Positions 11,001-22,600 of a DNA stretch of 64,000 bases are shown here, one piece after another. The stretch is from a virus. Taxonomy: Duplodnaviria > Caudoviricetes. A program made the translations under genes and the position numbers. The notes beneath the pieces were generated by a model. That model saw nothing but the letters and a program-made list of their open reading frames with translations. It was not told the DNA's origin and did no database searches. Each line of letters opens with the position of its first letter. Within the stretch, counting starts at the first letter, position 1. The DNA is taken from positions 1-64,000 of the IMG/VR virus record IMGVR_UViG_3300011008_000023; one strand, written 5' to 3'.

Positions 11001-12895
11001 CCTTTACTGAAGCTGAAAATCATAACTTTAGAAGTTCTGACTCTCACTGGATATTTGGTAATCCTTACGCCAGACTTAGAAGGTTTGATAATAATATAGA
11101 TGATTATTGTGGTAGGGATGTTCAAACTTGCAGTAATGACCCTGTATATATGAGGTATAAGTCAACACCCCATGCGGTGATTGCTCTTAACTATACTACA
11201 GGAAGACAGCAAAGAATTTTACCCACTCATAATAATACCAATATGGTTGGAGATACAACAGCTAAATGCTGTCCTAGTTATTATACCAATGCATTATTTT
11301 GGGACCCCAATTACGATAATGCTTCTTCTAAAATAATGGGAGCAAGCCAAGATAGCATTGATAGCTTTACTCCAACTACAGGATATTTGTGGATGGGTGA
11401 GTTATATAATGATACAATTGATTCTACCAAAAGATTTGGAGGACAGACTGAAGAAGCTTTTGAAAATAATCAGTGGTTACCTGCGGGAGAATCTGTATAT
11501 ATTTCTCGTGATGCCGGTTGTTCAATAGTATGGTCTGAAGGTGATACTTACTATCAGAGATATGATTGCTTAAAAACATATCCCTTTACTATGGAGGACC
11601 AAAACTCTATAGTAGACATTCTCTCCTTTATGGTTGAAACAAGAGTAAACATTGATGGTAGATATGATAGAAATAGAGGACAAACTAATAACCTTTACAT
11701 GTCCCCCAGCAACTTTAATTTGCTTAATGATGTTTACTCTCAAAAAAATAACTTCTTTAATTACAGAGGAGAAAACGAAAATAAGCTCTTATTAAACAAT
11801 TTTCCTAATACAATTACTTGGACTAAAACTAAAACATTGGGTGAAGAAGTAGATACTTGGACTAATATAACATTAGCATCCACTCTTGACTTAGATGGTG
11901 ACTTAGGGTCTGTGAGAGCATTAAGGAGATTTAATGATAATATTTTAGCTTTTCAAGATAAAGGTATCTCACAAATTCTCTATAATGAAAGTGTGCAGAT
12001 AGCATCCACTACAGGAGTTCCTATTGAAATTGCTAACTCTGGTAAAGTCTCAGGTAAAAGATATATAAGCAATAAGATTGGTTGTACAAATAAATGGTCA
12101 ATTTGTTCTACTCCTAATGGCTTGTATTTCTTAGATACTCTAGGACGAGACCTCTATTTATTCAATGGGCAGTTTAATAATTTATCTGATAGATTAGGAT
12201 TTCACTCTTGGATAAGTAGTAATGTTAATAGTATTAATATTTGGAATCCCGTAAGCTTTGATAGTTGCATTACTTATTATGACAAAGTTAATGGTGAAGT
12301 ATTATTTATTACTAAGGATACTGCTTTAGCATTCTCAGAAACATCTAATCAATTCACATCTTTCTATGATTATGGTGGTACTTCTTACTTTGCTAATCTA
12401 GAAGATAGAGGCATTGCTATTCACAAAGATTATAATAATGATACTTATTATCCATTTATGCATAGAGAAGGTTTGTATAATCACTTTTATGGAGAATATA
12501 AACCATTCTGGACTACTGTCATAGTAAACCCTAATGCTACAATAGATAAGATATTTAATAACTTAGAATTTCATGCTGATACATTCGATAGCACTACAGG
12601 TGTTTATAAGCATGATGTGACATTTGATACTCTTAGAGTATGGAATGAATATCAAGAAGGCGTTTCAACATTAGCGAATACTGTAAATAGACCTTCTACT
12701 TTAAAGAAAAAGTTTAGGACTTGGAGAGCCAATATTCCAAGGTGGAATGTAGATAAAAATGGTCACACTGCAAATGGTAGAGACAGAATGAGAAACCCTT
12801 GGTTATATCTTAAGTTATCAACGGAATCTCAAGACAACTTAGATAAGAATTATAAAGTTGTTTTACATGATTTAGTAGTAGATTACTTTGAATAA
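8048..12895 (+). CDS. Tail stabilization/muzzle (nozzle) protein
   Basis: 1615 aa, beta-rich; GMTRD, YWTDGENQPR, GDTYYQRYDCLKT, KKKFRTWRANIPR, RMRNPW motifs typical of the crAss tail stabilization protein. Confidence 0.8.
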   Translation: MAINKAPFAISGMTRDLAASKFSSEYAYENKNVRVEATDENTTGALVNERGNKKVDTGIFYEGISGTPIGQAVLNDELVLFTTGGTPAPIILTRFVTDIGIANRYKRYYTYNDAMNDSNGEYLDQEYSVGDYNYFFGDEDSYIGFTDTDGIRKVLSPINGGYPVLVMSVDFNFDCLYYVSSWEEDDEAPDFNGHTLSFRLYTIADLTTADNIYKINLSDTTDLGGEVLYSGNLGFTTDNPIECITVFENSDLKKVYWTDGENQPRVINIAASAAAKAKWDDNSFDFVKKLSLKEEVEVTRNLVTNGSFAPGVVQYCMTYYNLYGQQSNIFYTSPLLYVSYNDRGADAADKVGVSFSFKINQYDSKYEYLRIYCIHRTSLDATPYVRKVVDLAVPTAGYMYYTDYGNAGETIDPTELLFIGGQVASFGTMAQKDNTLFLGDIQIKKPTVSKAIKNSIRNLVPSAYATRSVGGLSRPSGLYTYNNLLQYDSSKITTFKVGETYRLGVQLQDQYGVWSSPIWVTDYEVNNGSFPILDDSGNFYKINISTSFSAIFSNALLDVGYLRIRPVIVYPSITDRTIVCQGVLCPTVYNVGDRYNNSPAVQSSWFFRPNAPVSNIYNSDLISSGGTYDATYTPVMSNSRDLYNDNVINAATVNNGKWAEFRHNKKIPGNSKENAEIQCITHPPEPFLQDVNESYTESSDPAQWVSENKECFYVDQSIVTMHSPDIEFDKEVRSIDFSNLKLRIVGYIPLTSHVSDIDISVSTPPLNYSKGSDNEYTDTTPGLYKEKVSYMFTSNGRYGWKSALSGPYWLDELYGSAVDNSEKKNVGFIVYPWHRNGSLNNTRSVESGQAKSAMLLQKKMSILRHSYYTEWFNTPWYAYETGSSTKTGISGVMVYDSNEVTNIKLPEPENSNIGEINYSGNIDKIITFHTNPKPRSNQYALDRDTDNFSGLDSTTSSFYPIIVAKSSTDLTIWEGKTNPSSVEHSFTEAENHNFRSSDSHWIFGNPYARLRRFDNNIDDYCGRDVQTCSNDPVYMRYKSTPHAVIALNYTTGRQQRILPTHNNTNMVGDTTAKCCPSYYTNALFWDPNYDNASSKIMGASQDSIDSFTPTTGYLWMGELYNDTIDSTKRFGGQTEEAFENNQWLPAGESVYISRDAGCSIVWSEGDTYYQRYDCLKTYPFTMEDQNSIVDILSFMVETRVNIDGRYDRNRGQTNNLYMSPSNFNLLNDVYSQKNNFFNYRGENENKLLLNNFPNTITWTKTKTLGEEVDTWTNITLASTLDLDGDLGSVRALRRFNDNILAFQDKGISQILYNESVQIASTTGVPIEIANSGKVSGKRYISNKIGCTNKWSICSTPNGLYFLDTLGRDLYLFNGQFNNLSDRLGFHSWISSNVNSINIWNPVSFDSCITYYDKVNGEVLFITKDTALAFSETSNQFTSFYDYGGTSYFANLEDRGIAIHKDYNNDTYYPFMHREGLYNHFYGEYKPFWTTVIVNPNATIDKIFNNLEFHADTFDSTTGVYKHDVTFDTLRVWNEYQEGVSTLANTVNRPSTLKKKFRTWRANIPRWNVDKNGHTANGRDRMRNPWLYLKLSTESQDNLDKNYKVVLHDLVVDYFE

Positions 12896-12898
12896 AAA

Positions 12899-12943
12899 TA
12901 GTGGGGTAGTAAGTAAATAACTTATTGCCCCACTAATTTTTTT
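12899..12943 (+). terminator. Rho-independent terminator after the muzzle gene
   Basis: TAGTGGGGTAGTAAGT-AAATA-ACTTATTGCCCCACTA stem (two G.U pairs) followed by ATTTTTTT. Confidence 0.8.
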
Positions 12944-12952
12944 AATAATTAA

Positions 12953-12983
12953 TTGCACAAATAAAAAATATTATCTATATTTG
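12953..12983 (+). promoter_or_regulatory. Bacteroidota-type promoter for the cargo/ejection operon
   Basis: TTGCA at 12953 and TATATTTG at 12976-12983, 19 nt before ATG 13003. Confidence 0.7.
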
Positions 12984-13002
12984 AAGCATAAAATTATTTT
13001 AT

Positions 13003-15165
13003 ATGACTAAAAAGCTTAAGAATATAAGATTTCCGAAAACACATAAGTTCTTTGATGGAGGTCTTCCTGCTGTAGATAGTAGCAATCTAACTACTGGAGC
13101 AGTACAACAAAATCCCTCTGGACTTGTTCCAAGTTCTTCTGGCACTAATGGCAATCTTAATACTGGAAATAGTGGAGGCGGTAATTTTATGGCTACTACT
13201 TCTGCTATATCTGGTTTTGCTGGAATGTTTGACAGCATAGCTCAAGGTATAAGTGGGGGTATAGATGCTGGTAGAGCTGGTACATCAACACAGCCTCAAG
13301 CAGTTGTTGAGGGAGTATTGGGGAGTCAAACTGGTAGTCATCTAGGAAAGATGTGGACTACTAATGCTAAAACCAAAGAAGCAATAAACTATATTAATCA
13401 ACAAGGTAATGTAGCATATGACACTACTAATACTGGAAGCCTTCTCTCTCAGTATGATTCTATTGGTTTTATGAATAACTCAAACATAAATACTAATAGT
13501 AAAGAGCTTCAAGATTTTGTTTTTGACCCTGCAAGTTATTTGCTTACAACTATATTTGGTAAGAGAAAAACTGCTAGAGCAAGACAAAATGAAATAAATG
13601 CAGCAATAGATGCTTCTAATAGAAGAAGACTGAATACATTTAATACCGCTGTAGATAATTATAATCAAACTCAGTATGGTAATTTCCTTGCTAATTATCA
13701 TGCTTTTGGAGGACCATTGTTTAATAGTTATGATATAGACGGCGTAGCATCCTATGATATAGCAAAAGACAATGCATTTGCTAAACAGATGCAAGCACAG
13801 AGTAAGAGTAATACAGCTTTTAATCCTTCGTTTATGTTTGCTGATGGTGGAGGAATTCATATTGCCCCAAGTAAAAGAGGCACTTTCACAGCAGCTGCTA
13901 AAAAACATGGAAAGTCTGTACAAGAATTTGCATCTCAGGTATTGGCTAATCCAGATAACTATAGTCCTGCTATGAGAAAGAAAGCAAACTTTGCTAGAAA
14001 TGCTGCTAGATGGCATGCTGATGGTGGACTATTAATGTCTGATGAATTTACTAATGGAGTAACTATGATTGACCAAGGAGGTACTCATGAGAATAATCCA
14101 CATGAAGGTGTTCAAATGGGAATTGCTCCTGATGGACTTCCTAATTTAGTAGAAGAAGGAGAAGCAATATTCGATGACTTTGTATTTTCAAATAGATTAA
14201 GAGTTCCTAAAGAAGTGAGAAATAAATATAAACTTAGAGGTCCTAAAGACATGACTTTTGCTGAAGCTTTTAGAGAAGCACAGAAAGAATCTGAGGAAAG
14301 ACCTAATGACCCTATTAGTCAAGATGGATTAGAAAATATAGCAATGGTTCTTGCAAGAACTCAAGAAGCAGTAAAGAACTATAAGAGTGGACATAAGAAA
14401 GCTAAGGGAGGTCATTTATTTGCATATGGAAACTCTAGATTGAGTAATCTTAGATATGCTGACCCTGCTGTTGGAGCATTAGCTGTTGGACTTGATGCTT
14501 TTGGACTAACTAATAAGTTTAAGCCATTAAATTATATTCCAGAATATCAATCTGTTGGAGCTTCACCTCTTGGTGACATTGTCCCTATAACTCATTCAGA
14601 TACTAGGTATGCAGCAAACAGAGCTGCACAAGAAGCAGCTGCTACAAGAAATGCAATTATGCAAAGTACTTCTCCTAGTAGAGATGCTGCATTACTTGCT
14701 GCTGATTATAATGCTCAAGTTGCACAAGGTGAATTGCTTAGACAAGGTGCTCTTGAAGATTATGATAGACTTCTTAAAGCTGAAGAGTTCAATAGAGGTA
14801 CTCACCAATTTAATACTGAATTAGGTGTTAAACTTGGTGCAGAGAATGCAAGCAATCTTCTTAGCTATGCTCAAGCTAAGCTTCAGCAGGAGAAGACAAA
14901 TGATGATATGTCTAATGCAATGATGGGAGTTAAAGCTAAGAATCTTGGTAACTTTGCAGAATCTCTTGCTAATATAGGCAGAGAGCAAGATGCACTTGAT
15001 TGGAGAGACATGTTAATTAGAGCTGGAGTATTTGGTACTCTATCAGAGAAACCTACTGATTGGACTGACAAAGAGTGGTTAGCATATAGGAAAGCACTAA
15101 CCTCCTCTACAATGTCTGCAAATGGTGGCAAAATAAAGAGAAAAAAGAAAGGATTAACTTATTAA
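13003..15165 (+). CDS. Virion cargo/internal protein 1
   Basis: 720 aa, Gly/Ala-rich, repeated xAxGG motifs, GGTHENNP and VEEGE motifs seen in crAss cargo proteins. Confidence 0.65.
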   Translation: MTKKLKNIRFPKTHKFFDGGLPAVDSSNLTTGAVQQNPSGLVPSSSGTNGNLNTGNSGGGNFMATTSAISGFAGMFDSIAQGISGGIDAGRAGTSTQPQAVVEGVLGSQTGSHLGKMWTTNAKTKEAINYINQQGNVAYDTTNTGSLLSQYDSIGFMNNSNINTNSKELQDFVFDPASYLLTTIFGKRKTARARQNEINAAIDASNRRRLNTFNTAVDNYNQTQYGNFLANYHAFGGPLFNSYDIDGVASYDIAKDNAFAKQMQAQSKSNTAFNPSFMFADGGGIHIAPSKRGTFTAAAKKHGKSVQEFASQVLANPDNYSPAMRKKANFARNAARWHADGGLLMSDEFTNGVTMIDQGGTHENNPHEGVQMGIAPDGLPNLVEEGEAIFDDFVFSNRLRVPKEVRNKYKLRGPKDMTFAEAFREAQKESEERPNDPISQDGLENIAMVLARTQEAVKNYKSGHKKAKGGHLFAYGNSRLSNLRYADPAVGALAVGLDAFGLTNKFKPLNYIPEYQSVGASPLGDIVPITHSDTRYAANRAAQEAAATRNAIMQSTSPSRDAALLAADYNAQVAQGELLRQGALEDYDRLLKAEEFNRGTHQFNTELGVKLGAENASNLLSYAQAKLQQEKTNDDMSNAMMGVKAKNLGNFAESLANIGREQDALDWRDMLIRAGVFGTLSEKPTDWTDKEWLAYRKALTSSTMSANGGKIKRKKKGLTY

Positions 15166-15169
15166 TATT

Positions 15170-16606
15170 ATGGCGAATTATTTTGTAATCAATAATAAAT
15201 TTAGACCATATTCATTTGATGAGTTAATTAAACCTTATCAAATGTATGGTGAGGCCTATAAAGAGCAAGAGGCTGCCTTAGATGCTGCAGCAGCAAAGGA
15301 ATTCTCTCCTGATTATTTAGACCAAAATTTAGATAGTAAAGCATATAATATGTATAACAATGCTACTACTGGACTTAAAAATATTTCTGATGAATTAGCT
15401 GCTAGTGGACTATCTACTGGACTGAAGAGTAGACTTAAGAGTACTGCTAAAGATTATAGTAGAACTATGACAGCTCTTAATGATGCTCAAGATAGATTAA
15501 ATGCTGAGAGAGAAAGAAGAGCTAAACTGGGAGATGATTATGTGTATCAACAAGATGACCTTAGAATAGGAGACTTTTTGAATGGAGCAACTCCTAATCA
15601 GAAGAGTGCTAGTTTAAGTGGTATTACTAAAGATATAGCAACTGATTTTGCAACGAGAGCTAAATCTATTACTAGAGATACTTGGAATAAAGTATTAGAC
15701 CAAAATGGTAAAGTTGTAGGTGGGTATTATGATGTTACTACAGAAGCCGGTTTAACAGCAGCTCAGTTAGATTCAATATTAACTGATGATGATACTTGGA
15801 GTAGAATGATGAGAAATCCAGGCATTAGTAGAGAAGAGAAAGATAATCTCCAAAGATTTAGAGATTCCATTATATCAAAGAAAAATGCTATTGGATATGA
15901 CAACTATTCTAAAGAAGGACAGTCTAGTATTGATGATGCTATTCTTAGAGGGGCTAGTGCTGGTTTAGGCTCTGTTACTCATAAATATGAAGCAGACAGA
16001 GGTTACAATCCTCTTGGATGGGCACAGTATTATGACAGTAAAGCAGACCAATTATTGAAACTGCAATTACAGTATCCTCAATATCAATTTGATAGTGATG
16101 GAAGACCTAAGAGGGATAAAGATGGTAATATTGTACTTACAAAGGGTTGGACTCAAAACTCCACAGGTAAATGGATAGGACCAAATGGTGAAACTACAGG
16201 AACTCCATCTTCAGGAAGTTCTACTGATTACACTATAACCACACCCGAAGTTACAGTTCATACAAAGAAGGGTACAACAACTTATTCAGATTGGAATAAA
16301 GTTAGAGAGGCTGATATCTTTAAGAATGGGGATTTACAGACTGTAGCCATAAAGGATATTACAGATCCTGATATTCAAAGGGCTATTTTAAATAGAATAA
16401 ATGTTTCTAATGTAAATGTAGAAGATAAAGATTTATCACCGCTTATAATGGAGAATCTTCCACAACTTAATCAGCTTACTGTACAGATAGCAGGCAATAA
16501 GGGAGATAGAAATTATGAATGGGTAATTAGTGATAAGAAAGTTCAGAGACTTACTGAAACGGAAGCTCAGAACATTTATAATAATAAAAAGATAGGAATA
16601 GAATAA
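15170..16606 (+). CDS. Virion cargo/internal protein 2 (putative)
   Basis: 478-aa helical ORF with N-terminal F.PYSFDEL.KP; lies between cargo 1 and the giant proteins. Confidence 0.55.
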   Translation: MANYFVINNKFRPYSFDELIKPYQMYGEAYKEQEAALDAAAAKEFSPDYLDQNLDSKAYNMYNNATTGLKNISDELAASGLSTGLKSRLKSTAKDYSRTMTALNDAQDRLNAERERRAKLGDDYVYQQDDLRIGDFLNGATPNQKSASLSGITKDIATDFATRAKSITRDTWNKVLDQNGKVVGGYYDVTTEAGLTAAQLDSILTDDDTWSRMMRNPGISREEKDNLQRFRDSIISKKNAIGYDNYSKEGQSSIDDAILRGASAGLGSVTHKYEADRGYNPLGWAQYYDSKADQLLKLQLQYPQYQFDSDGRPKRDKDGNIVLTKGWTQNSTGKWIGPNGETTGTPSSGSSTDYTITTPEVTVHTKKGTTTYSDWNKVREADIFKNGDLQTVAIKDITDPDIQRAILNRINVSNVNVEDKDLSPLIMENLPQLNQLTVQIAGNKGDRNYEWVISDKKVQRLTETEAQNIYNNKKIGIE

Positions 16607-16616
16607 AAGTATAAGT

Positions 16617-19600
16617 ATGTCAACTCCTAATTATCAAGGAATAATAAAACCTAAAGGTTTAGAAGGATTAAAAGGTTTGCGCGGATGGAATGAGTTAAGC
16701 CAAGAGGAGCAGTCTTCTTGGCTTGAATCACATCCTAAAGCAAAGGGAGTAAGTCCTCTAGAGATGAGCATCGCTTTTAGAAACAATAATTATCTAGAGA
16801 CTTTAGGACCAGAGGTTTATAACACTTATGATATAGATACTTTAGGTGAATTATATAAAGACAAAGTTGTAAATGATGCATTTGGAGATTACTATAAGAA
16901 TGATAGTAACTTCCAAGTTTTAAATAGTCTTACTACAGATAGTAAACAAGAGCTCCTAGAATCTGGGTATTTAAATGAGGAGGAAAGCAAAAAGCAATCA
17001 GATATTCTGTATGAATCATATGCCAAAGGAATGCAAGAGGCTGCTAAATTTGCTCCTGCTGCTCCTGGTACTGGAGGCATTACTACATGGGACACTAAAG
17101 ATGTTTGGGAGAAAAAAGAAGCTACCCGTAGAGAAGAAGAGATTGAAGCCATTATTGCTAAAGATAATAAAAAGAAAGTAGCAGATTCTAAAGAAGATAT
17201 AGATGCTCTTTTTAACTTCTATACTAATGCACAAGAAGCTTGGGTTAAAGCTAGTAACATGCTTCAAGATGTTATGGATGGAAAAGAAACTCCTAGCAGC
17301 GTTGTTAGTTATATGGCTCTTAATGGAATAATTACTCCTGAGCAAGGTAAAACTCTACTTGGAAGAAATACAGAACAACAGCTCAATTTGATTGGAGAAA
17401 TTCTAGCTAAATCTGATTTTAATCCTAGTAGAATTGATACCATGTATGATAATATTGCTCGTCCTCAAACTGTTCAAGGAACATCAGAGTTTGGAGAAGT
17501 AGAAGACTATCAGATGCCTGGCTCAAGGACATATAATGCCCTTAAAGATACTAATAGATTTAAGAATTTCAGTGCTTCTGATAAACTCAGAGAATATGTT
17601 ACTTGGCAAGTTCTTGCAAATAAATATGGTGTAACAGATGCTATTTCGAATCTAGAAACTTCCATGATGGATTATGCTAATGAGCATGAAAACTTTGGAA
17701 ACTGGATAACCGATGTAGGACTTAATGTTACTTTGGGAGGTATTGCTAATATTATGAATAAGGTTAATGCTGTAGGGAATCTTATTACAGAGGCTTGGTA
17801 TGGTTCAGAAGCTTTAGCATATAAACTTAGTGGAAAGAATATTGATGGTACTGATAGAGAGCAACACGAAGATAATGGTGTATTTAGTATCTTTAATTGG
17901 TTTTCAGACAACTGGGACAATCCATATTATTGGTCAAAAGTAGATGAGTATAATACACTAGACCCCCTACAAATAGCAGAGTTTGATGCTAATGGTGGTA
18001 TCTCTCCAATGGTTACAGTTAGACCTCCTGATGAAGTAGTTCCATTCTTTAGTACAGAGACTCTTAAGGAGGCTCTTAAAATGAGTAAGTTTGTATGGTC
18101 TGATTATTTAACTGGAAGACTTCTTGGAGGTATGAGTTCAGCAGCCACTGCTGGAGCAACAAAGATTGGAGGCTTGGGTTTTGGTAAAGTTGTTAATACT
18201 GCTGGTGCAATAGGTACTGTAGCTGCTTCTGGTATGGGTATAGCTGAGTCCTATGGAGTAATGACTTATGAGCAAGCCTATCAACAAATGATGGAATCTC
18301 TTGATACTAAAAGGGATGCTGCAGCTAAATCTTATGTTGAAGAGCTTATGCAGTCTCCTAAGTCTCAAAAAGAAATAAACGATGTCATAGCTAAACTGAA
18401 GAAGCAAAATCCAGACATTTCTGAGGAAGAAATTAGGAAAAGTGTTGAAGCTGACTTTATTAATTACCACACACAGCAATTCCATAATAGTGATGATTCT
18501 ATAAAAGCTAGAGCAGAAGACGAAAAGGTAGCAAGAAAAGCTGCAGCAAATGCCTATATGGTAGATGCTACTATAGAGGAATTAAGAATGGCTTTAGCTA
18601 ACTTTACCTTTAGAAAGTACCTATTTGATAAAGGTACTAGAGCTGCTTTAGGAGATAATACAAATTATTCGAAGGTAGCTACTGGAGCAGATGGCTTATT
18701 ACAAGATAGTCCTGTTTTAAACAAAGTATGGTCAACCATTAAACCTGTGTGGGGAGGATTTACATCAAACTACTTTGATGATGTAACTGTAGGATTTGGC
18801 AAAGGGTTTGGACTTGAACAATACAACTCTTATCTTCAAAGTAAATATGATGCTACTAAAGCTGTAGCAAGCTCTGATTATACACTATCCTTCCTTGAAG
18901 GTTTGGGGGGTGGATATAGTGGAGCTATGGAAGCATTAGGAGATAGGCAGTCATTTTATGATGGATTTGTTGGAGCTTTAGGTGCCCCAATATCTGTAAT
19001 GCCTAGACTTAGTAGAGCAGAAAGGTCTGATGCTTTGAGGAAGATGAATAGAGAGGATGCAAATAATTTAACTGCTGGTGAATGGATTAATAAGTGGTTT
19101 ATGAATCCTCTCTTAGAGGCGTATTATGAAGAGATGGGCAAACAAGCAAGAACTGCAGAAAAGTTACCCATAGTAAATAAAGAAGTTGCAGACCATAAAG
19201 ATGCTTTAGAGAATATTAATCAATTAATTATAGGATTAAATAGTGTAGCTGATGCTGATATATCTGGAAGTCATATTCAAAGAGCAGATGCTAAAGCAAA
19301 TCAAGCATTTGAATTACTTTATACTATGAATGGACTAAGGTCTGCTCCTCTGATTGCAGAACATCCATTAATAGAACACGCAGCAGAAGAAATTGATAGG
19401 CTAGCAAGCGGCAAAATTACAGATGCAGAAATAACAGCATTTTTGTCTCAACCGGGGAATAAAACATTTGGTCAAGGTGAAGAAGCTCGTGCCGCTGCTG
19501 CTGAAAGAATTAAAAAGAATGCTAAGTCTCTTCAGGAGATGAATAAAAAAATTAGCAAAGTAAGACAATCTCTTGAAGACAGTGTCTTAGGAAAAGATAT

Positions 19601-22600
19601 TAACTCCGGATTAAAAGAGCAAATGGTTTATCAACTTGTTATGGATGAGGCTTGGCAAGAAAGACTTACATCTATTGAGAATACACTATCTGGTAAACCA
19701 GATGCAGCATCTGGGCAAAGAAGTTCAAACTTACTTAATAGAGGTCACAATGCTGTAGCTGCATATGGAAGTTCAGCAGAATTTGAAAGGCAATGGAATG
19801 CTCATCAAGAAGTAGTTAGAGACCTTGATAAGCAGATAGAAAACCAGAAGAGGTCTCTTGCAGCAGCTACTAAAGCATATCAAGATATTTTAAAAGACCC
19901 CAAAGCCACTTCTGAGGAGATTACGGCATTAAAGAATTTGGCCCTAATGTTTAATTTACAGCTTCAGTCTGTACTAGAAGCCAGAAGAGAGGCAGATGCC
20001 AAAGCTAAAGAACTAAAAAGAGATGCCTCTGTTTTTAAAGATGGGGAAGTTCCAGTATTATCTGCAGAACAAATACTTAGCCTAAACCCTGTTGATAGAA
20101 ATACTATATTAGACAAAAAGAATAGAAATAATTATTCTGCAGAGCAGCAAGTTGCTATTGATGAAGCTCTTACTATATTAAAAACTAGAACCCCAGATGC
20201 AGAGCAATTACTCTCTGATGCCGCTACACTTAGTACTAGAATTAAAGATAATAAAAAAGCATATAGAAGAATTCAAGAGAATCCTGATGCTGCCTCTGCT
20301 TACTATACTACTATAGTGACTGGTAGGGAAGAGCAACTAAAGAAGGTTTTTGCTCAAAGAAGACTTGAAGATGCCTATAGAAAATTTGATAGTGCTACCA
20401 CTGATGAAGAACTCTTATCTATAGCTAAACAATCTCTTAACTCAAAAGAGTTAGGTATGAAGAGTAAACATCTTGACAGTTACATTAAAAGAAATCCTAA
20501 GAAAAGTAATATTCTTTCTGGATTAAGAGATGTTGCTAAAATAAGAGAAGATGCATATGAAGCTGTAAAAACTGTTGTTTCTAATCCTACAGTCAGAGCT
20601 ATACTTGTTCAACAAGTAGTTGAAGCTACTAATGATGCCAATAATAGTACAGAAGCAATGGCTGCATTAGAAAGTTTGATGGATATTCAAACAGATGCTG
20701 TAGCTAAGCGTCAATATGATATGATTCTAGAGAATATGAAGTCTCTGGGTCATCAAAGAGATGCTACTAAAATTAGAGATAGAAAACTTGAAAGACAAAG
20801 AAAGCAAGAGGCAGAAGTTAAGAGACTTGAAGAAGAAGCAAAGAAAGATGGTAAGAATTATCATTGGGAAGGATTTAAAGTAGGTGATACTGTATATAAT
20901 AAGAAAACTGGTGGTAAAGCTACTGTAGTAGGATTTGAAAAAGAGGATATAATAGTTTTAGAGTTTAAATATAAAGATGGTACTACTGGTAGAGATAGGT
21001 TCTCTGCAGAAAAGTATAGAAACTCTTTAACTAAAGAAGAGCCTTCCCCAGAAAATAATAGACGGGGAGATAAACAAATTAAGAAAAGTCTTCGAGATTT
21101 GTCAGCTGCTACTACTTTAGAAGAGAAAGCTTCTGCTATAGCTTTTTACGACACAAATAAATATAGAGGAGCCGAAACAACAGCTGAAGAAGACACCCAA
21201 GTACAGAAAGCTAAGGATGAGCTAAAAGCTGCAGGGATAGAGTATATTGATATGCTCGGAAAACCTTATCATGATGGAATGATTGTTACTGCCAATTTTG
21301 TTGAAGATGATACTCTAGAACCAGGTAAACAGATTATCACTGCTGTTCGGAGACCCCAGCTTAATAAAGATGGTAAAATGATTCAATCGGCGAAGATAAC
21401 TGTTTCTCAAAATTCTAATTTAACTCCTAAAGGAGCAGTGCAACCAACGAAAGACTCTCCCATTAGTAATCCTTCTGGTGCTGAATTAACACAAATAGAA
21501 GATGTTAATTTATCAGTAGATAGTGATGGAAAAATTAATTCTCCGTCTGCTGAGCACCAAGCTGCTGCAGAAGAATCTAAAGTAATTAGTGTTCCTACTG
21601 TTGATGTTAGTGAGCAGGGTAATAAAATTGTAGAAGATACTAATTATACCATTTCTGGAAATAGATATGTAATATATTCTATTGATGGCTTAAAAGGTGG
21701 AAAAGTAGAAATAGAAGTACCTGAGAATCCTAATAGTATATTTGGAAAGTATAAGGAGTGGATTACAAACAATAATATTAAGATACAAGAAATTATTGAT
21801 GAAGAGTTTGGTAGAATCTTAGAAGATAACCCTGATATTAAGATTAGATTTATGAAATTCAATCCTCGTAAATCGGATATTGGTTATAAACTTCAGAACA
21901 ATTTTATCAATGTCATAGAATTAACTCCTGAGCTAAGAAATAAATATCATAAAGAGGAGAGAGGAGGAGTTATTCAAGTAGATGGGAAATCTTGGTTAGT
22001 TGTAGGAATAACTGGATTTGAGAATGGTAACATTGCTCAGAGGAAAGCCTATGATACAATGAAGGCTCCTATTAACAAAAGAAGAGATGCCTACTTTGCA
22101 AATAATAAAGATGCTGATTATTATGTAGACCCAGTAGCATATAGTCAAGTTCAAAATACTACATCAGGTAGAATAGTTAACCAAAGACTAGGGCAAGAGG
22201 CTCCTACTTTAAAGAAAGTTAGTGAGTTGTTAAAATCTGCTGGAATGTCTCTTAAACAAGCAATGTTTGGTATACAAACAGGAGAAGCTGGGCAAAAGAG
22301 CTTTGCAACTACTAAAAATGTTAAGTCAAATATTAAAGTTTTCCCTCCTAGAAATGTTGAAGATAATAGAGGTAGAACCTTCATTTTAATTGACACAGCT
22401 AATGGAAACAAAATCCCTGGAATGATAGAACCTGCTATGTACAGAGATTTAGCAGAAGACAGTCCTCTTAAAGAGATGATTAATAGTACCATTGCACAAT
22501 TATTTAGTACTAGTTATGAAACTAGGTTGGAAGCCATAAAACAATTATGTGGATTGTTAGTACTAAATGATTCTAAAAATATTCTTATTGGTAAAAAAGA

